In this document: piece by piece, positions 31,187-34,995 of the stretch | Position numbering within the stretch: position 1 is the first letter of the stretch | Layout: each line of letters starts with the position of its first letter | Assembly (NCBI GenBank): GCA_030642645.1 | Contig: DAOWNJ010000001.1 | Coordinates: 1-34,995, forward strand | Length of the DNA: 34,995 bases | From: Dehalococcoidia bacterium | Lineage (GTDB): Bacteria > Chloroflexota > Dehalococcoidia > E44-bin15 > DAOWNJ01 | Reading direction: 5' to 3' | Position numbers and translations under genes: made by a program | The notes under the pieces: model-generated | Databases searched by the model: none | Told to the model about the DNA's origin: nothing | Seen by the model: only the letters and a program-made list of their open reading frames with translations

Positions 31187-33595
31187 GTGGCGATGAGTTA
31201 CGCTGAGGTTGCCGTAAATTCCCCGATGAGGAGGACCTTCAGCTATGCCATACCCTCTAATATGTCGGTGTCGGTGGGACAAGGGGTGTGGGTTCCCTTT
31301 GGCCCAAGGACTCTACAGGGTATTGTATTTGAGTTAAATGACTATCCACTGGCTGAGGATATAAGGGAGATAGCGGGTGTCATCGACCCCCTCCCCCCCC
31401 TCTCCCCCAATCAGGTTAAGCTCGCCAGATGGATAGCTGAGCGCTATCTCTCTTCCCCCTTCGATGCTGCTCGCCTGATGCTCCCCCCTGGATTTGAACG
31501 AAGGCTTATCACCTTTTTTGAGCTTACCCCCAAAGAGATAGACCCCTCACTCCTGCCTCTTGCCCAGAGGGAGCTTATCGGCCTGCTTCAGAAGAAGGGC
31601 AGGATGGATATGAGGGAGATCGAGAAGGCGATTGGGAGGAAAGAGGCTGAATATAATATGGGGCAGCTCCTCAGGAGGGGTCTGGTGAGGAGGACCCAGG
31701 AGATGGGGAGGGTCAAAGTAAGACCAAAGGTAGTGCCTCACCTTCGTCTCGCTATTCCCCCGGAGGTGGCGAGGGGGGAGGCCGAGGTCCTGAAGAGGAG
31801 AGCACCAAAGCAGGCGAGCCTTCTCGAGTTCCTTGCTGAGGAGGCCAAGCCACCCCTCCTCTCCCAGGTGAGGCAGCGCTTTGGCTCCTCGGCGGTAGGT
31901 GCCCTCATGGGGAGGGGGATGGCCCTTGTTGACGAGACCAGGGTAATTCGCGACCCCCTGTCCAACCGGGTCTTCCCCCCATCCACCCCCCACACCCTGA
32001 CCAAGGACCAGGAGGAGATATGGAGCCAGATACGGAGAAGCATGGTCGAAGGGGACAGCTCCTCGGTGTTCCTCCTCCACGGGGTGACCGGGAGTGGTAA
32101 GACCGAGATCTATCTTCGAGCCATCTCCGAGACGGTCTCGCTGGGCAGGAGGGCCATCGTCCTTGTCCCCGAGATCGCCCTCACCCCGCAGACTGTAGAG
32201 CGTTTCGCATCCCGTTTCCCGAGGAGGGTAGCTGTGCTTCACAGTGGTCTATCCCTCGGGGAGCAGTTCGATGAATGGCAGCGGATAAGGGGTAGGGAGT
32301 TTGACGTGGTCATCGGCTCCAGGGGGGCTATCTTTGCACCTCAGCCCGATCTCGGTATCATCGTTATTGATGAGGAGCATGAATGGACCTATAAGCAGCA
32401 GGAGCACTCCCCTCGCTACCATGCCAGGGATGTTGCCATAAAACTTGGCGAGCTCACCGGGGCGGTGGTCATCCTGGGGAGTGCCACCCCTGATATAGCA
32501 AGCTATCACCAGTCTCAAAAAGGGGGGTATCACTTATTAAGCTTGCCTTCGAGGGTGACCAGCGATCCCCGCCTCCCGGAGGTGGAGGTGGTTGACCTCC
32601 GAGAGGAGCTGAAGGCTGGAAATAGGGGCATCTTCTCAAGGGCCCTGGTTAAAGCGACAAATGATGCCCTATCCCAGGGGGGGCAGGTGATCCTTTTTCT
32701 CAACCGGAGGGGGGAGGCAACCCTCGTCCAGTGTCGTGACTGTGGCTTTGTGCTCCGCTGCCGCCGCTGCGATGTCTCACTTACCTATCACAGGGCAGAG
32801 GATGGGCTATTCTGTCATCAGTGCAACATGAGAGTCCCAATACCCCAGTTCTGTCCTCATTGCTTTGGCCGGAGGATCAGGTTTTTGGGTATCGGGACTC
32901 AAAAGGTAGAGGAGGAGGCGGGGCGAACCTTTCCCGGGGCAAGGCTCCTTCGCTGGGACAGGGATGTCACCAGAGGGAAGCGTTCCCATGAGGAGATATT
33001 GAGGAGATTTATCAGCCATGAAGCGGATATACTCATCGGGACACAGATGGTAGCCAAGGGGCTTGACCTTCCCCTGGTCACCCTTGTCGGTGTGATAAGC
33101 GCAGATACCAGCCTCTACCTCCCTGACTTCAGGGCAGGGGAACGCACCTTCCAGCTTATAAGCCAGGTAGCTGGGAGGGCGGGGCGGGGCTCAAGCGGGG
33201 GGAGGGTTATCGTTCAGACCTATACCCCCCAGCACTACGCAATCAAGGCAGCAGCAATTTATGATTATAGAGCCTTCTACGAGCATGAGACGCAGCACCG
33301 CCGGTATTACGATTACCCTCCATTCTCTCGATTGGCACGCCTCCTCTACACCCATACCAATCCCCACGCCTGTCAGGGGGAGGCGGAGAGGGTATACCGG
33401 CTCCTTGAGGAGGAGAAAAATGTCGGCGCGATGGATGTGGCTCTCATCGGCCCCGCACCCGCCTTTATCAGGCGGGTGCGGGGCCGATATCGATGGCAGA
33501 TAATTGTCAAGAGCCCCGACCCATCCCAAATTCTAGCAAATCTACCCCTTCCCCAGGGCTGGGCCATTGACATTGACCCGGTAAGCCTCCTTTAA
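31187..33595 (+). CDS. priA: Primosomal protein N' (replication restart helicase PriA)
   Basis: YAEVAV....R.F.Y..P, Walker A GVTGSGKTE, DEEH, and the Cys-rich insertion CRDCG..LRCRRCD..L.YH.....CH.C......P..CP.C. GTG 31187 or ATG 31193 is the start. Confidence 0.93.
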   Translation: MAMSYAEVAVNSPMRRTFSYAIPSNMSVSVGQGVWVPFGPRTLQGIVFELNDYPLAEDIREIAGVIDPLPPLSPNQVKLARWIAERYLSSPFDAARLMLPPGFERRLITFFELTPKEIDPSLLPLAQRELIGLLQKKGRMDMREIEKAIGRKEAEYNMGQLLRRGLVRRTQEMGRVKVRPKVVPHLRLAIPPEVARGEAEVLKRRAPKQASLLEFLAEEAKPPLLSQVRQRFGSSAVGALMGRGMALVDETRVIRDPLSNRVFPPSTPHTLTKDQEEIWSQIRRSMVEGDSSSVFLLHGVTGSGKTEIYLRAISETVSLGRRAIVLVPEIALTPQTVERFASRFPRRVAVLHSGLSLGEQFDEWQRIRGREFDVVIGSRGAIFAPQPDLGIIVIDEEHEWTYKQQEHSPRYHARDVAIKLGELTGAVVILGSATPDIASYHQSQKGGYHLLSLPSRVTSDPRLPEVEVVDLREELKAGNRGIFSRALVKATNDALSQGGQVILFLNRRGEATLVQCRDCGFVLRCRRCDVSLTYHRAEDGLFCHQCNMRVPIPQFCPHCFGRRIRFLGIGTQKVEEEAGRTFPGARLLRWDRDVTRGKRSHEEILRRFISHEADILIGTQMVAKGLDLPLVTLVGVISADTSLYLPDFRAGERTFQLISQVAGRAGRGSSGGRVIVQTYTPQHYAIKAAAIYDYRAFYEHETQHRRYYDYPPFSRLARLLYTHTNPHACQGEAERVYRLLEEEKNVGAMDVALIGPAPAFIRRVRGRYRWQIIVKSPDPSQILANLPLPQGWAIDIDPVSLL

Positions 33596-33596
33596 C

Positions 33597-33625
33597 TTTA
33601 CAATATGGGATTTGTGGGCTACAAT
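33597..33625 (+). promoter_or_regulatory. Sigma70-type promoter candidate for def
   Basis: TTTACA (33597-33602), a 17-nt spacer and TACAAT (33620-33625). GGAGG at 33634-33638 lies 5 nt before the ATG. Confidence 0.5.
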
Positions 33626-33643
33626 CTCCCCTCGGAGGCTTAG

Positions 33644-34129
33644 ATGGCGGTCTTGCCCATACTTCCAGCTAATGATCCCATCCTTCGCCAGAGGTCGAAG
33701 CGGGTGAGGAACATCGATAGCTCGATCGAGCGCCTCATCGATGATATGTTCGATACCATGCATGAGACCGGGGGAGTGGGGTTAGCGGCCCCTCAGGTCG
33801 GGGTTCTCCTGAGGGTGATCATCATTGAGCTGCCGGGTGATGACCCGATCGCACTCATAAATCCGGAGATCATAAAGAGGTCGGGGGAGCAGGAGGTGAG
33901 AGAGGGGTGCCTCTGTCTTCCTGGATATAGGGGGAAGGTAAAGCGCCCTCTGAAGGTAACCGCCAAGGGCAAGGACCGTAATGGAAAGGACACCCGAATA
34001 AAGGCGGCGGGCCTCCTGGCTGAGGCCCTTGACCATGAGATAGACCACCTGAATGGCATCCTCTATATTGACCACCTGGAGAGTATGGAGAAGCTGGAGA
34101 GGATCGAAGGTGAGGAGGGCCTGATCTGA
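33644..34129 (+). CDS. def: Peptide deformylase
   Basis: The three signature motifs are present: GVGLAAPQVG, EGCLCLPG and HEIDHLNG. Confidence 0.95.
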   Translation: MAVLPILPANDPILRQRSKRVRNIDSSIERLIDDMFDTMHETGGVGLAAPQVGVLLRVIIIELPGDDPIALINPEIIKRSGEQEVREGCLCLPGYRGKVKRPLKVTAKGKDRNGKDTRIKAAGLLAEALDHEIDHLNGILYIDHLESMEKLERIEGEEGLI

Positions 34130-34131
34130 GA

Positions 34132-34995
34132 ATGGATATGAGTATTCTGGAGGCAGTCCCGGAGGAGGTCTGGGGGGCTTTCTCTGGTGTAGAGGCGTAT
34201 GTCGTTGGTGGCTATGTTCGTGACGCCCTTCTGGCGAGGCAGCGGAGCGATATAGATATTGTGGTTGCGGCAGATGCCCAGGCGGTTGCCCAGGAAGTGG
34301 CCTCATCCCTTGGTGGGAAGTATGTGCCCCTGGATGAGGAGAATGGCATAGCAAGGGTGGTTTTGCCTAGGAAACAAGGCTATCTCGATCTCTCAACCAT
34401 GCGTGGCAGCATCGAGGATGACCTAGCCAAACGTGACTTCACCATAAACGCTATCGCAGTGAGCATTGAGGGGGAACCACGGGTTATCGACCCCTTTGGT
34501 GGCAGGCGTGACCTCAAAGATGGGGTAGTCCGTGTCATCGCTGAGGACGCCTTCAGGGATGACCCTGCGCGCCTTCTAAGGGCTGTAAGGATTGCTGCTG
34601 AATATGATTTCGCAATCGAGCCTGAGACCGAGGTCCTGATAGCGCGTTACTCCCATCTGGTCAAGGGTGTTGCCGCTGAGAGGGTCCATGAGGAGCTATG
34701 CCGTATCCTCGAAGCCCCAAAGGCTCACCGCTCCCTCCATCAGCTCGATCAGCTTGGACTTCTGGAGGCCGTAATCCCGGAGGTAGCCCTGATGAAGGGG
34801 GTGGAGCAGCCAAAGGAGCACTTCTGGGATGTCTTTGAGCACTCCATCCAAACGGTTGGGGCCCTGGAGACGCTCCTGAGGGCGGAGGGCATACCTGGAG
34901 CTGAAGAGATACTTACCTCTTCTGTATGGTCATCAGAACTCTGTCAGCACTTTGACCAAGAGTTGAGCAGTGGCCACACTAGGAGGGCTTTGCTC
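34132..34995 (+). CDS. cca: CCA-adding enzyme / poly(A) polymerase-family tRNA nucleotidyltransferase (3' end outside window)
   Basis: This ORF is not in the supplied track because it runs off the window. ATG 34132 opens MDMSILEAVPEE..YVVGGYVRDALL.....DIDIVV...A......L......PLDEE...ARV......LDLS...G.IEDDLAKRDFTINA.A..., then RVIAEDAFRDDPARLLRAVR. It is open for 288 codons to the edge. Confidence 0.85.
   Translation, partial: MDMSILEAVPEEVWGAFSGVEAYVVGGYVRDALLARQRSDIDIVVAADAQAVAQEVASSLGGKYVPLDEENGIARVVLPRKQGYLDLSTMRGSIEDDLAKRDFTINAIAVSIEGEPRVIDPFGGRRDLKDGVVRVIAEDAFRDDPARLLRAVRIAAEYDFAIEPETEVLIARYSHLVKGVAAERVHEELCRILEAPKAHRSLHQLDQLGLLEAVIPEVALMKGVEQPKEHFWDVFEHSIQTVGALETLLRAEGIPGAEEILTSSVWSSELCQHFDQELSSGHTRRALL

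Noticed and set aside
22570-33595. Inteins or introns in nrdJ or priA, which are common intein hosts.
   Set aside because: The catalytic motifs are contiguous (..[21 protein letters not shown]..). There is no Cys/Ser...HN splice-junction block and no endonuclease-like insertion. Both proteins have normal lengths.
4875-34354. Many long ORFs antisense to, or out of frame with, the large genes. Examples are 8041..8619, 7877..8401, 24644..25150, 25942..26466, 26506..27024, 31547..32242, 33782..34354 and 10412..10879.
   Set aside because: They lie entirely inside genes with unambiguous family motifs. Their translations are low-complexity (Pro/Arg/Ser/Gly-rich) and lack start signals. This is the usual stop-codon-poor shadow of GC-rich coding sequence.
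1-34995. CRISPR arrays, tandem repeat arrays, transposases, integrases, or known defence systems.
   Set aside because: Reading the intergenic regions showed no regularly spaced direct repeats. No ORF has transposase, integrase, Cas, restriction or abortive-infection motifs. The only toxin-antitoxin genes are the hicBA copies at the left edge.

Overview
This window is mostly core genome at roughly 55% GC. Almost all genes from about 0.9 to 30.0 kb are on the minus strand, and all genes from 30.1 kb onward are on the plus strand.

Recognisable housekeeping genes:
- Purine synthesis: purQ and a PurS-PurS-PurL fusion.
- Other metabolism: a glutamate-synthase-like FMN protein with a ferredoxin, pepA, and yggT-proC-yggS.
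- Ribonucleotide reduction: nrdR and a class II nrdJ.
- Division: a stripped-down cluster, mraZ-rsmH-(61-codon ORF)-ftsA-ftsZ, with no mur or fts wall genes.
- Plus-strand block: trmD-rplS, priA, def and a partial CCA-adding enzyme.
- Two radical SAM genes, a GH3-like adenylating enzyme, two response regulators (one REC-GAF-HD-GYP) and a cNMP-binding protein.

The gene content and the minimal division cluster suggest a Dehalococcoidia-like Chloroflexota genome. This is inference only.

Accessory or unusual parts:
1. A hicBA cassette is bracketed by a duplicated tRNA-Asn leader plus 5' half at the left edge.
2. A decayed NuoF/HydB-type gene tail is hidden in alternating frames next to the ferredoxin.
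3. A roughly 0.9-kb low-GC islet lies at about 3.0-4.0 kb.
4. Several reading frames are each restored by adding a single base, and one B12-radical-SAM gene is split by an in-frame TAA.
5. A 172-nt long-range RNA stem encloses the small cistron between rsmH and ftsA. I rank this the most interesting unexplained signal.
6. A translationally adjacent P-loop kinase and PHP phosphoesterase gene pair is present.

I saw no CRISPR array, transposase, integrase or recognisable defence system. No database search could be run, so all family assignments rest on motifs I recognise by eye.
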